This document shows positions 44,693 to 54,205 of a stretch of 64,000 bases of DNA, piece by piece. The stretch is from a virus: IMG/VR virus record IMGVR_UViG_3300008952_000004, positions 125,714 to 189,713 of that record. One strand, 5' to 3'. A program made the position numbers and the translations under genes. The notes below the pieces were generated by a model. That model was not told the origin of the DNA. It searched no databases and saw nothing but the letters and a program-made list of their open reading frames with translations. Positions within the stretch are counted from its first letter, which is position 1. Each line of letters starts with the position of its first letter.

Positions 44693-46093
44693 ATGCAATT
44701 AACTGATAAATATGATGCCATAGAAGATAAGAAAAATCTTTTTATGCTCCAAAAGATGTACGAGAAGACCAAACTAGATGGAGCATTCCAGCGCTGGGGA
44801 GGAAAGGATAGAGGATCGGGCTGGACCAACTCTCAAGGCATTGCCTACATTCAAAACTTTCTTCAGGGCGGAACGTTTAATTATATTATCAACGTCTCTG
44901 TGCCGGATGCACTGCGATATGCTCATGAGATAAGAGAACAACAGTCAATAAAATACTTCACCCAACTCACCACCGAAGGTGTGGAATATGTTAGCGTTGA
45001 CGGCAACAACAGCGCGAGTTATCTTTGTGGGTTTATTGACGACGACCAAAGCATTAAAATCCGCTCTGACAAGCGCTCAAACCCTGTTTCCTTTTCAGGT
45101 TTGAGTGAGGAACTTCAGCAGGATATCAAGTATACAGAAAAAATGCGAGTGGTGGTCCTTCGAAGGATTACTGTACAGGAAATGTGTGTGTTGTTTAGAG
45201 CGCTCAACACATCGACACAACTCAACCACCAAGAATACCGCCAAGCCCGCTGGTCACCGTTGTCGAAATACATTCGCGACAAGGGCGACGAAATGAGAGA
45301 GTTTTTCCTTAACTTTAATACAAATCGCGAAATGGATCTTGATACGAGGGGTCATGAAGAAAAGTTGGCGGCATATGCCCTTAAGGTCGAAAAGAGCGGG
45401 GAGCCGAACAAAAAGGGTCTAGATGCTTTTTACGAGAACACTAGCGAGCTTTCACAACGTGCGCGGAAGACCATAGAAACCGTCTTGGACAATGCCAAAG
45501 CTATTAGCAAAGACCAAGGGGCACTTCAGAAAAAGCTGCCCGTTGGCGTTATCCATACTCTTTTTGATGTAATCCAAATCGCATGCGTCGATGAGCCCTT
45601 TAAAATTGTAGACCCCGTAGGGTTTCTAAGATGGTTTCTCGATAAGGATGGGGCTTTTAAAGCAGCAGCAGCCCAACTCCCTGATGACGAAGAGGTAAAA
45701 CAGAAAAGGTCCTACACCTATTGGCAAAAGTTTTATAGCAAATCGGCTTACTATGAGAACATTCGAAAGCTTTTCAAAACTAGTTTTCTAGAGGAGGTGG
45801 AGGATCTTTGCAATGACGGCACACTTAAGTATGTGAGGGGTCCGAAGGATAGCTTCTCTTGGGCTGATAAACTTGAGCTTTTCGAAAAGCAAAATGCAGA
45901 AACTCGCGAGGGCGACAAGATCAGCATGCTAGATTTGTATTTGGGCAAGTATGAAGCAGATCACGTCAAGTCTGTGGCTGACGGTGGCGCCACTGTAATA
46001 GAAAATGGAGAGTTGATGGAAAGGTCAAAAAATCGAAGCAAGGGTGCTAAAAGCAATGAGCCACACTTTGAATTCCAAAAAGAGACAGGTTGA
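44693..46093 (+). CDS. DUF262-like + C-terminal HNH protein (GmrSD-like)
   Basis: FQRW, SVDGNNS, FRALNTSTQLNHQEYRQA; EADHVKSVADGGATVIENG..NRSKG HNH. Confidence 0.7.
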   Translation: MQLTDKYDAIEDKKNLFMLQKMYEKTKLDGAFQRWGGKDRGSGWTNSQGIAYIQNFLQGGTFNYIINVSVPDALRYAHEIREQQSIKYFTQLTTEGVEYVSVDGNNSASYLCGFIDDDQSIKIRSDKRSNPVSFSGLSEELQQDIKYTEKMRVVVLRRITVQEMCVLFRALNTSTQLNHQEYRQARWSPLSKYIRDKGDEMREFFLNFNTNREMDLDTRGHEEKLAAYALKVEKSGEPNKKGLDAFYENTSELSQRARKTIETVLDNAKAISKDQGALQKKLPVGVIHTLFDVIQIACVDEPFKIVDPVGFLRWFLDKDGAFKAAAAQLPDDEEVKQKRSYTYWQKFYSKSAYYENIRKLFKTSFLEEVEDLCNDGTLKYVRGPKDSFSWADKLELFEKQNAETREGDKISMLDLYLGKYEADHVKSVADGGATVIENGELMERSKNRSKGAKSNEPHFEFQKETG

Positions 46094-46097
46094 TATA

Positions 46098-47036
46098 GTG
46101 GACAATATTAGAATCTTTCATAAAGAAGGGCTTGAGTTCTTATCCGAAATACGCGATGAGTCAATTGACTTAATATTGACAGATCCACCTTACATCACAT
46201 CCAGAGAAACTGGTATGGACAAGTGGGTCGATCATGTTGCAAAGCAAGACGCCGGTTCTGCTGATATCAAAACAGAGGAAGACTGGAATAGATATAAAAC
46301 TCCGGAGCAGTGGGGCGCTTGGTTCGAAACCGGCAATGTGCCGGAGAACAAAAGAGAGAAAAAGCTAGAGGAGCTTAAACAAAATTATATAAAATATGGC
46401 AGCATTTACGGAAAGAAATATGCTGTCAAGACAGATTACGGAAAATGGGACTCTGAGTTCACAATGGAACAATTGCAACTCTTTGTTAATCACTTTTACC
46501 GTATACTTCGCAACGGTGGGACATGTATTATATTCTTTGACCTTTGGAAGATTTCGCACCTTAAAGAACAATTGGAGTCTGTCAAGTTCAAGCAGTTGAG
46601 ATTTATCGAATGGATTAAAACAAACCCTCAACCGGTTAACAGCGGCATCAACTATCTTACAAATTGTCGTGAGATTGCACTACTAGCTATTAAAAAGAGC
46701 AAGCCCACATTCAACAGTAAGTATGATAAAGGTATCTATGAGTATCCTATCTATGGGGGTAAAGATCGATTTCACCCAACGCAAAAGAGCTTGCCGTTGT
46801 TTGAGGAACTAATTCTTAAGCACTCTAACGAGGGTGATGTTGTTCTGGACTGCTTCTTAGGTTCTGGCACTACGGCTGTCGCAGCGTTGGCTACAGGAAG
46901 AAAGTTTATCGGATGCGAATTAGACGAAGGTTACTTCCAAAAGGCGCACGCGAGGATAGCAGAGGCAGAACATCATGAAAGAATTAATAATTCCAAAGAA
47001 AAAACTGGTTCGATTATAAAAGAGGAGATAATATAA
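46098..47036 (+). CDS. Site-specific DNA methyltransferase (N6A/N4C, beta class)
   Basis: LILTDPPY, HPTQKS, VLDCFLGSGTT, GCELD; GTG 46098 is a plausible start. Confidence 0.9.
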   Translation: MDNIRIFHKEGLEFLSEIRDESIDLILTDPPYITSRETGMDKWVDHVAKQDAGSADIKTEEDWNRYKTPEQWGAWFETGNVPENKREKKLEELKQNYIKYGSIYGKKYAVKTDYGKWDSEFTMEQLQLFVNHFYRILRNGGTCIIFFDLWKISHLKEQLESVKFKQLRFIEWIKTNPQPVNSGINYLTNCREIALLAIKKSKPTFNSKYDKGIYEYPIYGGKDRFHPTQKSLPLFEELILKHSNEGDVVLDCFLGSGTTAVAALATGRKFIGCELDEGYFQKAHARIAEAEHHERINNSKEKTGSIIKEEII

Positions 47037-47153
47037 ATGTTAGTACATTATGTAACAGTGGCTTTAGTTTCTTTTACCGTTACGCTAGTGGGTTGCTATC
47101 TGGCTGAGCGTTGGATCTTGAGTCGCACAAACAAAAAAAATGAAAAGCGGTGA
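47037..47153 (+). CDS. Small single-TM protein (38 aa, absent from ORF track)
   Basis: GAGGAG SD; VTVALVSFTVTLVGCYLA. Confidence 0.45.
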   Translation: MLVHYVTVALVSFTVTLVGCYLAERWILSRTNKKNEKR

Positions 47154-47377
47154 TAAAATATGTCTTTGAGCGAGCATCGGCAGTTGTGGAGGCGCTAGAT
47201 AATCTTGCACCGAAGACGGGACCATTTATAAAAAAGAATTTTGCTCAGGTAGATGAATTAAAAACATTTCGCGAAAAATTTTGTCAATCATCATTGATAA
47301 TCGCTTCTTTTCTGAGAGCGTGGCATCAAGAATATTACAAAATAGTTTATATGCGAGAAGAAAATAATCAATATTAA
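47150..47377 (+). CDS. Hypothetical protein
   Basis: Coupled ORF. Confidence 0.45.
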   Translation: MIKYVFERASAVVEALDNLAPKTGPFIKKNFAQVDELKTFREKFCQSSLIIASFLRAWHQEYYKIVYMREENNQY

Positions 47378-47387
47378 CTAAATAAAG

Positions 47388-47681
47388 GTGAAGAGTATGC
47401 TTAACAGCACTATGAAAGAAGATAAATATAACCCAAATAAGAAGAGAAAGCGCCGTCGTCGCATCCCGATTGCGATTGAAGAAAAGCTCGTCGAGCTAGA
47501 CATTCGAGGGAAGATCAGGGAGCTTTCGTATAATCCAGAATTGCTTAGTGAAAATGATAAACACGCACTTACAATAATTCGTCAAAACTTGGGAATCCAT
47601 GGGCGGATTGATTTAACAGCTATCAAAGACATTCAGGTGATATTCAAGCGTTACGAGAAGACCAAGAAGAAAGAGTGTTAA
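47388..47681 (+). CDS. Hypothetical basic protein
   Basis: 97 aa, AAGGTG SD. Confidence 0.55.
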   Translation: MKSMLNSTMKEDKYNPNKKRKRRRRIPIAIEEKLVELDIRGKIRELSYNPELLSENDKHALTIIRQNLGIHGRIDLTAIKDIQVIFKRYEKTKKKEC

Positions 47682-47765
47682 TCTACGATAGAGAGACATA
47701 CGAAGAGCACAAGGGAGCCGCGCTGTGGCTCGCGGGAATAATTATAAGCATACCTAAGCGATTAC

Positions 47766-48059
47766 TTAATCTTTTACGACGGGTATTTCTTGGGTGATTT
47801 CGAGATCGCAGTCGGAGTTAACGTATACTTGGTGCATGCGTGGTATCAACATCGTCTCGATCTTCTTGCTTTGTAATTCAATTTCGCTTGTGATGGCTGC
47901 TTGTACTTCAGGCAGCACCTCTTCGATGTCTTTAACTTTGCGTAAGGCATAGTTTGCACGTTGTTTCGTTCCTTCGATGAGAATTGTTATGATTACACCA
48001 AGAGAGAAGCCAAAAGCAAAGAGCCCAATCGCAATCACTGCCGTTAAGAAGGTATCCAT
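47766..48059 (-). CDS. Membrane-anchored coiled-coil protein (only credible minus-strand gene)
   Basis: ATG at 48059; TM FLTAVIAIGLFAFGFSLGVIITILI; fills a gap with no + strand ORF. Confidence 0.6.
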   Translation of the reverse strand: MDTFLTAVIAIGLFAFGFSLGVIITILIEGTKQRANYALRKVKDIEEVLPEVQAAITSEIELQSKKIETMLIPRMHQVYVNSDCDLEITQEIPVVKD

Positions 48060-48152
48060 AATATAACTATGGTAAAGGAACAGAAAAATGTTGAACAAAA
48101 GCGTTAAAACGTGTTTTAATAATCATTATAGAATGAAAGGAGCATAATACAT

Positions 48153-48773
48153 ATGTCATACTACCCACCCACGGTGATTGAGAAGACAAAAGACGGCGAA
48201 AGAAGTTACGATATCTATTCAAGACTTTTAAAAGACCGGATTGTTTTCTTGGGTACGCCGGTTGATAACAACGTTGCGAACTCAATCATCGCACAGATGC
48301 TTTTCTTGGAGGAAAGTGATCCGGAAAAGGATATTTTATTTTATATTAATTCGCCCGGTGGCTCTGTGACGGCTGGGCTGGCTATTTTGGATACGATGAA
48401 TTTCGTGCGCCCGGATGTTGCAACGGTGTGCATCGGGCAGGCAGCATCGATGGGCGCGCTCTTGTTGTGCTCGGGTGCTAAAGGCAAAAGGGTAATATTA
48501 CCAAATGCCCGCGTGCTGATTCACCAACCTTTGGGTGGTGCTCAAGGGCAAGCTAGTGACATTGAAATTCAAGCCAATGAGATATTGCGAATGAAAAAGC
48601 GCTTGAATGAAATTATGTCCAAGGCGACTGGGCAACCAATTAAGAAAATTAAACTGGACACTGACCGTGACTATATTATGGAAGCGGAACAGGCGGTTGA
48701 ATATGGCTTGGTTGATAAGGTTGTAGAGAACAATCATCGACCTGTGAACAATGAAGAAGATGAAGATCGGTGA
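48153..48773 (+). CDS. clpP: ATP-dependent Clp protease proteolytic subunit (canonical)
   Basis: [47 protein letters not shown]. Confidence 0.97.
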   Translation: MSYYPPTVIEKTKDGERSYDIYSRLLKDRIVFLGTPVDNNVANSIIAQMLFLEESDPEKDILFYINSPGGSVTAGLAILDTMNFVRPDVATVCIGQAASMGALLLCSGAKGKRVILPNARVLIHQPLGGAQGQASDIEIQANEILRMKKRLNEIMSKATGQPIKKIKLDTDRDYIMEAEQAVEYGLVDKVVENNHRPVNNEEDEDR

Positions 48774-48948
48774 TTTAGTAAGAATAAAGATTTATGACAG
48801 CAAGCCGATCGGTGTGATTATCGATGTAAGGTTGTCCACTAGGTGGAAAGCTTTATATAACGTGAGCATACCAGCGGCTAGCTGGCATCAATCTTACGCA
48901 ATTCTGACCAAAGATCAATTAGAACTGCTTAGCGAGGCAAAAAAATGA
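48760..48948 (+). CDS. SH3/KOW-like small protein (MKVGDLV family)
   Basis: [20 protein letters not shown]. Confidence 0.7.
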   Translation: MKIGDLVRIKIYDSKPIGVIIDVRLSTRWKALYNVSIPAASWHQSYAILTKDQLELLSEAKK

Positions 48949-49009
48949 TAGGCTTAATTTGTATGGCAGCAATTGTTGCTTGTCTTATCATATGGTGGGG
49001 TGACAAGAA

Positions 49010-49219
49010 GTGAAGGTGGGTGATCTAATAGCACCACATTATCCCGACGAGCACGACGTCGCTTATTCAACACTTGCAATGGTTGTTGAGATGGTGCCAG
49101 AGTGTCACAGTGCAAAAGGGCATCCAAATGAGGCAATAAAGATTATATGGTGCAATGACCCTTACAGAAAGAAATCCTCTCTTAAGAGTCTTTGGATGGT
49201 GGTAAGTGAAGCAAGGTGA
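49010..49219 (+). CDS. SH3/KOW-like small protein (MKVGDLV family)
   Basis: MKVGDLI..AMVVE..IIW..VVSEAR. Confidence 0.65.
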   Translation: MKVGDLIAPHYPDEHDVAYSTLAMVVEMVPECHSAKGHPNEAIKIIWCNDPYRKKSSLKSLWMVVSEAR

Positions 49220-49373
49220 TAAAATTAAAGCCACGTGGTCAGACGGTCTGGTATTGATTGGGCATTATGTCGGGATTGATCGAGGATATATCATTCTTAT
49301 GGATAAAGGTGGGAAAAAGATTGCTTGCAACCAAGACTCTGTAACCTTTGAGGTAATAAGTGAAGGTCGGTGA
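49206..49373 (+). CDS. SH3-like small protein (55 aa, absent from ORF track)
   Basis: MKQGDKIKATW..FEVISEGR; 14-nt overlaps at both ends. Confidence 0.65.
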   Translation: MKQGDKIKATWSDGLVLIGHYVGIDRGYIILMDKGGKKIACNQDSVTFEVISEGR

Positions 49374-49578
49374 CTTAGTACGGCTTGATTATGGGTATAT
49401 GGGATATCCACTAAGTCACAGTGGGCTTAATGAAGAGTCATTAGGAATAATAGTGGGAATATACATACAAACAGATATAGAGGAAGAAGTGGCAGATGTT
49501 TGGTGGGGCGCGTCAATTGGTACGATACCGTCATATACAAAATATCTCATTTTAGCAACAAATTCGGAGGAAGAATGA
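49360..49578 (+). CDS. SH3/KOW-like small protein (MKVGDLV family)
   Basis: MKVGDLVRL..GIIVG..DVWW. Confidence 0.7.
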   Translation: MKVGDLVRLDYGYMGYPLSHSGLNEESLGIIVGIYIQTDIEEEVADVWWGASIGTIPSYTKYLILATNSEEE

Positions 49579-50006
49579 AAAATAAAAAAGATGCAACAGA
49601 GAAGTTTTGGAAGAGGTTATGGAGGAACGTGAATATGTCATCCATCTCAGGAGCAGCAGGGATGAGGACAGAGAATAATCCTAAGCTCAGTGGTAGACTA
49701 CGCAAGGGGAACCAGAGCACAAAGCGCCACGAGGTAACAATCACAATCGAGGACTTAAAAGAAATTTTCCACCAACAGGACGGAAACTGTTTCTGGTTGA
49801 ATATCCCAATGAGCTTGGAGGACTTGTTTGTCTCTCATTCCCCGTTCGCCCCTAGCGTGGACAGGATAGATAATGAGCGAGGATACCATAAAGATAATAT
49901 TGTTCTCACCACACGCTTTGCCAACAAGGGGAGAGGCGCATACATGGGAGAGGACTTTGGACCGAGGATTAAAAAACTTTTAAAGGAGAGTATCAGTGAC
50001 AGTTGA
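49575..50006 (+). CDS. His-Me finger (HNH-like) endonuclease
   Basis: QQDGNCFW..PSVDRIDNERGYHKDNIVL..FAN; GGAGG SD before ATG 49575. Confidence 0.7.
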   Translation: MKNKKDATEKFWKRLWRNVNMSSISGAAGMRTENNPKLSGRLRKGNQSTKRHEVTITIEDLKEIFHQQDGNCFWLNIPMSLEDLFVSHSPFAPSVDRIDNERGYHKDNIVLTTRFANKGRGAYMGEDFGPRIKKLLKESISDS

Positions 50007-50057
50007 TAAGAAGTTGTTGCGAGGACTATAAAAAAAGAAAAACGAAGGAGGACAAGA

Positions 50058-50243
50058 ATGAAAAAATTAATTATATTATTTATAGGAATGCTTTTCTGCG
50101 GTGGATGTTATACACGCATGCCAACCGTTGGTGTAAAAACATTGCAGCCGGTTAAATCACAAGAAAAAGTTTGTGTGACAAAGCGCAATCCCGCAAATCC
50201 TGCGACATTGGTCACCAGATGTAGTTTGGTTACAAGGAGGTGA
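50058..50243 (+). CDS. Small lipoprotein
   Basis: MKKLIILFIGMLFCGGC lipobox-like signal; AAGGAGG SD. Confidence 0.6.
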   Translation: MKKLIILFIGMLFCGGCYTRMPTVGVKTLQPVKSQEKVCVTKRNPANPATLVTRCSLVTRR

Positions 50244-50297
50244 TCATCGCGGTGGCTGTGGGTGCTAATATTAATTTTAAAAAAGTTATAAAAAGAC

Positions 50298-50326
50298 TTG
50301 ACTTTCGTTTCAAGTTATGTTGAAAT
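50298..50326 (+). promoter_or_regulatory. Weak sigma70-like promoter
   Basis: TTGACT-N17-TGAAAT with TGn. Confidence 0.4.
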
Positions 50327-50365
50327 AGAATATAGAACTTATAGGAGAAAATAAAAAGAATTCAT

Positions 50366-51109
50366 ATGAGAAAATATATTAGCTTAATTGTTTATGGAAT
50401 CGTTATGTGGGGCTGTGGAAATGACACCCCATTGCGCGCTGAATCGTCAACAACCACAAGTGACGCCCACACAGTGACACAACAGGTGCCTAATGACGTC
50501 GCAACCGAATTGATTGGAATGGTTAAAGATGCATATGCGGAGGTTACAGATGAAGATGGTACCAGTGTAGATACTATTTTTCAAGACTTCTGCGAGCAAA
50601 CAAAAGAATGTCCATTCTATCCAAGTGTCGATGTCTGTGTTTATGAAACTTATGGGACTTACATGAGCCTTAAGAGTAAATGCAGAGACAGTATGCTTAA
50701 AATGATGACTGACTGCAATCCTGACCCCGCCAATCCTTGTTTGGAACCAACTGGACCAGGGTGTAAAGAGATGATAACCACTTTTCAAGGAGCGTGTATG
50801 GGCTTCAAGACACCCGGCAATATAGCTATTCGCTGGCAACAAGTGTGCGAGGCTTATAAAATGAAAGAACCAGAGGACTGTGATTCATCGGTGTCAATGG
50901 ATGATGTAATAGAATTGTGTGAATTTGTTGGAGCAATACTTAAGGATACTCCGGAGTGCATAGAGAAGGTAGACTTATATCTAGAGTGTTTACCTCAAAC
51001 AAAATATTATTGCCCACCGGGGCAATTGGTGCCACGACCTGATCCTGATACTGGTTGCTACAAAGAGGCTGAACCGTTTACATTCCCAACAGGCGAGTGC
51101 GTCAATTAA
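50366..51109 (+). CDS. Cys-rich lipoprotein
   Basis: MRKYISLIVYGIVMWGC lipobox-like signal; more than a dozen Cys in the C-terminal two thirds. Confidence 0.7.
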   Translation: MRKYISLIVYGIVMWGCGNDTPLRAESSTTTSDAHTVTQQVPNDVATELIGMVKDAYAEVTDEDGTSVDTIFQDFCEQTKECPFYPSVDVCVYETYGTYMSLKSKCRDSMLKMMTDCNPDPANPCLEPTGPGCKEMITTFQGACMGFKTPGNIAIRWQQVCEAYKMKEPEDCDSSVSMDDVIELCEFVGAILKDTPECIEKVDLYLECLPQTKYYCPPGQLVPRPDPDTGCYKEAEPFTFPTGECVN

Positions 51110-51111
51110 AC

Positions 51112-51825
51112 ATGAGCGAGAACAATAAAAATAAATATCAACACAACGATGATGGAACAACATACATCTTTGTGGAGAGTAAGAGTAAACGCTTCCCCGG
51201 TAAGCACACAATCATTATAGACACAGAAGACTGGGATAAGGTCAAGGAGCATAGGTGGTGTATTATGACGAACAATTGCTGCCCTTATGCGACTGCCAAT
51301 ATCCCTCACCCAGACGGGGGATGGTATTATTCTACTTGGCAAGGAAAAGAAAGAAGACAAAGGCGAAATACCGTTCTTCTATTCCACCACGCTATAATGG
51401 GGAAACCTCAAAAGGGAAAGGTTGTTGACCACATAAACCATAATGGGCTGGATAACAGAAAAGATAATTTAAGGCTCGTGACTGTGGCACAGAACTCTCA
51501 AAACAAAAGGGTTCGGAAGGACAGCAAGTCTGGCTATAAGGGTGTGTATGAGGTTCGTCCGTATATACATAAGTACAAGCAAGCGTATACCAGCAAGAAG
51601 ACCGGCAAGACGAAGATATACGAGTACGAGTATCTGAAGAAGCTCAAGAAACCTTGGGTGGCATATATTAGCGATCCCGACACAACCTATCCCAATAAGA
51701 GGAATATCAAGCTGGGCTACTTTGCAACAGCAGAAGAAGCAGCCCTAGCATATAATAAAAAAGCCAAGGAACTGTTTGGAGAATACGCTCTATTGAACGA
51801 GGTGAATAATGAGCGAGAACAATAA
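51112..51825 (+). mobile_element. HNH-AP2 homing endonuclease gene
   Basis: VVDHINHNGLDNRKDNLRLVT..QN HNH; SGYKGV, WVAYI..KLGYFATAEEAALAYNKKAKELFGEYA AP2 domain. Confidence 0.9.
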
Positions 51826-51832
51826 AAATAAA
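51112..51832 (+). repeat. 24-bp exact direct repeats flanking the HNH-AP2 gene
   Basis: ATGAGCGAGAACAATAAAAATAAA at 51112-51135 and 51809-51832. Confidence 0.9.
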
Positions 51833-51933
51833 ACTTTAATAAAGAAACTATCAACCCCTGGTGAATCAACTATAGTAGGAATGGATACAGTTTCCCCAGT
51901 AGTAACAGTACTAATGAAAGCTAAATAAACCCT

Positions 51934-51979
51934 AGTGGGAACGAGTGGTGTATAAGTGGTAATAAGTGGGGTAGAGTGG
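51934..51979 (+). promoter_or_regulatory. Helically phased AGTGG repeats (MraZ-box-like)
   Basis: AGTGG at 51934, 51944, 51955, 51965, 51975 (10-11 bp period). Confidence 0.6.
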
Positions 51980-52134
51980 GAACACCGTAAGTGTGTTAAA
52001 ATAGTTATATAGAAAGTGTAATTGGGCAGCTTAAATAAGGTGGGTTGAGAACAGTGCGAAAATATACTAGTATTTAGGGGGTTCGCGTTGTCCTTGTCAA
52101 GCGCAATCTTTTTTATTTTATTTGCGTTATTTGC

Positions 52135-52163
52135 TTGACAGCAGGGTCGATTTATGTTCTAAT
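52135..52163 (+). promoter_or_regulatory. Early promoter (ATGT class)
   Basis: TTGACA-N17-TCTAAT, TGn, N4-ATGT. Confidence 0.7.
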
Positions 52164-52224
52164 GGCCATGTAGTGATGGTGATCAGCCATCCTAAACCCT
52201 TTGCTTTTATAAGAGGTGTCTAAT

Positions 52225-52905
52225 ATGTCTTGGTCTGGTACTGTCACTTGTAAACACTGTTGGAAGACCGGTCACAACCGTCGGGGCTGTCCGGAGCTTA
52301 AAGAGCTAATGGCTCAGCGGCTCGCGAACGACCCGGATGACTGGAGAGCGAAGCGTTACTTTGAGAAGAAGCAGGGAGCTAAGGTTCGCCGATGCACCTT
52401 CTGTAACCTCAAGGGTCACAACCGCGCCACGTGCGAGGAGCTTAAAACAAAGGTTGCCAATTGGAAGGTAAAGAACTCCTCTTTCCGTCGCAAGTTAGCT
52501 GCTAAATTGCTTGAGGTTGGGGTCGGTGTTGGCGCTCTCATTGAGCATCACGGCGCTGGCTGGCGCATCGACACCGTAGGCAACATGGTAATGGTGAAGG
52601 GTCTTAACCACGAGACACACGTCGGGACACCCCATGCCTGCTTGATCGTTTGCGGGATTCAGAATCCGCAGCAAACTAACCACGTTGGATTGTCGACCGA
52701 GTTGATCAACGAGATAGCAGCAGATGAATCTGGATATTACTACGGTACTCCAATGAAGGTGTTGTCTCCTACCAAGCACTGCCTTCTCCGGACTATCCCC
52801 AATCACGAAGAGTGGTTAAAAGGTGGGGACGCCAAGTGGATCAAGAAGGAAATCTTTGGTAATTCCCAGTCGGATAATTGGTACGAGAACAAATATAATG
52901 AATAA
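52225..52905 (+). CDS. Double CCHC zinc-knuckle protein
   Basis: CKHCWKTGHNRRGC and CTFCNLKGHNRATC; GAGGTG SD before ATG 52225. Confidence 0.75.
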   Translation: MSWSGTVTCKHCWKTGHNRRGCPELKELMAQRLANDPDDWRAKRYFEKKQGAKVRRCTFCNLKGHNRATCEELKTKVANWKVKNSSFRRKLAAKLLEVGVGVGALIEHHGAGWRIDTVGNMVMVKGLNHETHVGTPHACLIVCGIQNPQQTNHVGLSTELINEIAADESGYYYGTPMKVLSPTKHCLLRTIPNHEEWLKGGDAKWIKKEIFGNSQSDNWYENKYNE

Positions 52906-52930
52906 AAGTAAAAATAAATGCATTTTATAC

Positions 52931-52959
52931 TTGACTTTTGTTTAAACCTCTGATACTAT
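52931..52959 (+). promoter_or_regulatory. Early promoter (ATGT class)
   Basis: TTGACT-N17-TACTAT, TGn, N4-ATGT. Confidence 0.75.
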
Positions 52960-53012
52960 GTGTATGTAAGGTGATCGAGAGAGATACTTATTAAAGGGAG
53001 AGAAAAGAGATA

Positions 53013-54089
53013 ATGGCTGTTGATTTTAAAACTTTTAATCAGGTTGCCCCGCTTGTCGCGGCTGTAAAGAAACCTATTCTTCTTCGCGGACGTCACGGTG
53101 TTGGTAAATCTTGTGTTGTTTATCAAACTGCTGAGGCACTCGGTCTGCCTATTGTGGAGCGCCGAGCTTCTCAAATGACCGAGGGCGACCTTGTTGGTCT
53201 GCCCAGTACTGATGGTAATTGTACTACCTTTAATCCTCCTGACTGGTTTAAAGAGGCGTGTGAGCATGCCGTTGTCCTCTTCTTGGATGAGGTCGACCGT
53301 GCTACTATGGAAGTACGTCAAGGAATCTTCGAGTTGACCGACTCGCGAAAGCTAAACGGTCATGTACTTCATCCTGAGACTCTCGTCTTCGCTGCCGTCA
53401 ACGGTGGTGAGCATGGCGCGCAGTATCAGGTTGGTGAGATGGACCCAGCGGAACTCGACCGTTGGACTGTCTTTGATGTTGAGCCTACTGTTGAAGACTG
53501 GCTTAACTGGGCAAACGGGAAGGTTGATGGTGTCGTTTGGGACTTCATTAATCAGAACCGTGGTCATCTTGAGCACGTTGGGGAGTTTGAGCCTAATAAG
53601 GTTTACCCCAGTCGTCGTTCTTGGGACCGTTTGAACGAGTGCCTCATGGGAGGTACTCTTTTGGGTGAAACTATTAAGGAGAACACTGAAACCATTTATC
53701 ACCTCGCGACTGCTTTCGTTGGTTTCGAAGCTGCCGTTGCTTTCACTGATTTCGTCAAGACCTACGAGAAGCAGGTAACTGTCGAAATGATTCTGAAGCA
53801 AGGCAAAATCGAAGCGACCAACGATTTCGGCATCAACGAGCATACAGCCCTCGTTGAGAAGTTGGAAGCAGAAAAGGTCTTTGAGACTGAGCTTCCCGCT
53901 GAGCAGATTGCGAACGTCGCAGCCTACTTCGTAACTCTCCCGAGTGAAGTAGCAATGAAGCTGTGGACCGTGATGGGTGAGGGCGATATCCAGAATACAC
54001 TATCGCTCCACCAGAGTGAAGTAAATGGAGTCGCAGTTTCGACTTTCTTGGTTGAACTGCTGACCGGTGACACTGCCGACAATAGTTAA
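53013..54089 (+). CDS. MoxR/AAA_5-type AAA+ ATPase
   Basis: GRHGVGKS Walker A, FLDEVDRA Walker B, AAVN sensor I, MDPAELDRW Arg finger, PSRRSW. Confidence 0.88.
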   Translation: MAVDFKTFNQVAPLVAAVKKPILLRGRHGVGKSCVVYQTAEALGLPIVERRASQMTEGDLVGLPSTDGNCTTFNPPDWFKEACEHAVVLFLDEVDRATMEVRQGIFELTDSRKLNGHVLHPETLVFAAVNGGEHGAQYQVGEMDPAELDRWTVFDVEPTVEDWLNWANGKVDGVVWDFINQNRGHLEHVGEFEPNKVYPSRRSWDRLNECLMGGTLLGETIKENTETIYHLATAFVGFEAAVAFTDFVKTYEKQVTVEMILKQGKIEATNDFGINEHTALVEKLEAEKVFETELPAEQIANVAAYFVTLPSEVAMKLWTVMGEGDIQNTLSLHQSEVNGVAVSTFLVELLTGDTADNS

Positions 54090-54149
54090 TTCACCTAAGT
54101 GGGGGGGAGTCAGGAAGATAAAAAAACACTGAAATGACGTGTTTTCTTC

Positions 54150-54178
54150 TTGACTTCCCCCGCGATATATGTCATAAT
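54150..54178 (+). promoter_or_regulatory. Early promoter (ATGT class)
   Basis: TTGACT-N17-CATAAT, TGn, N4-ATGT. Confidence 0.75.
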
Positions 54179-54205
54179 CATCATGTAGTCAGTTGAGAGG
54201 TACTA

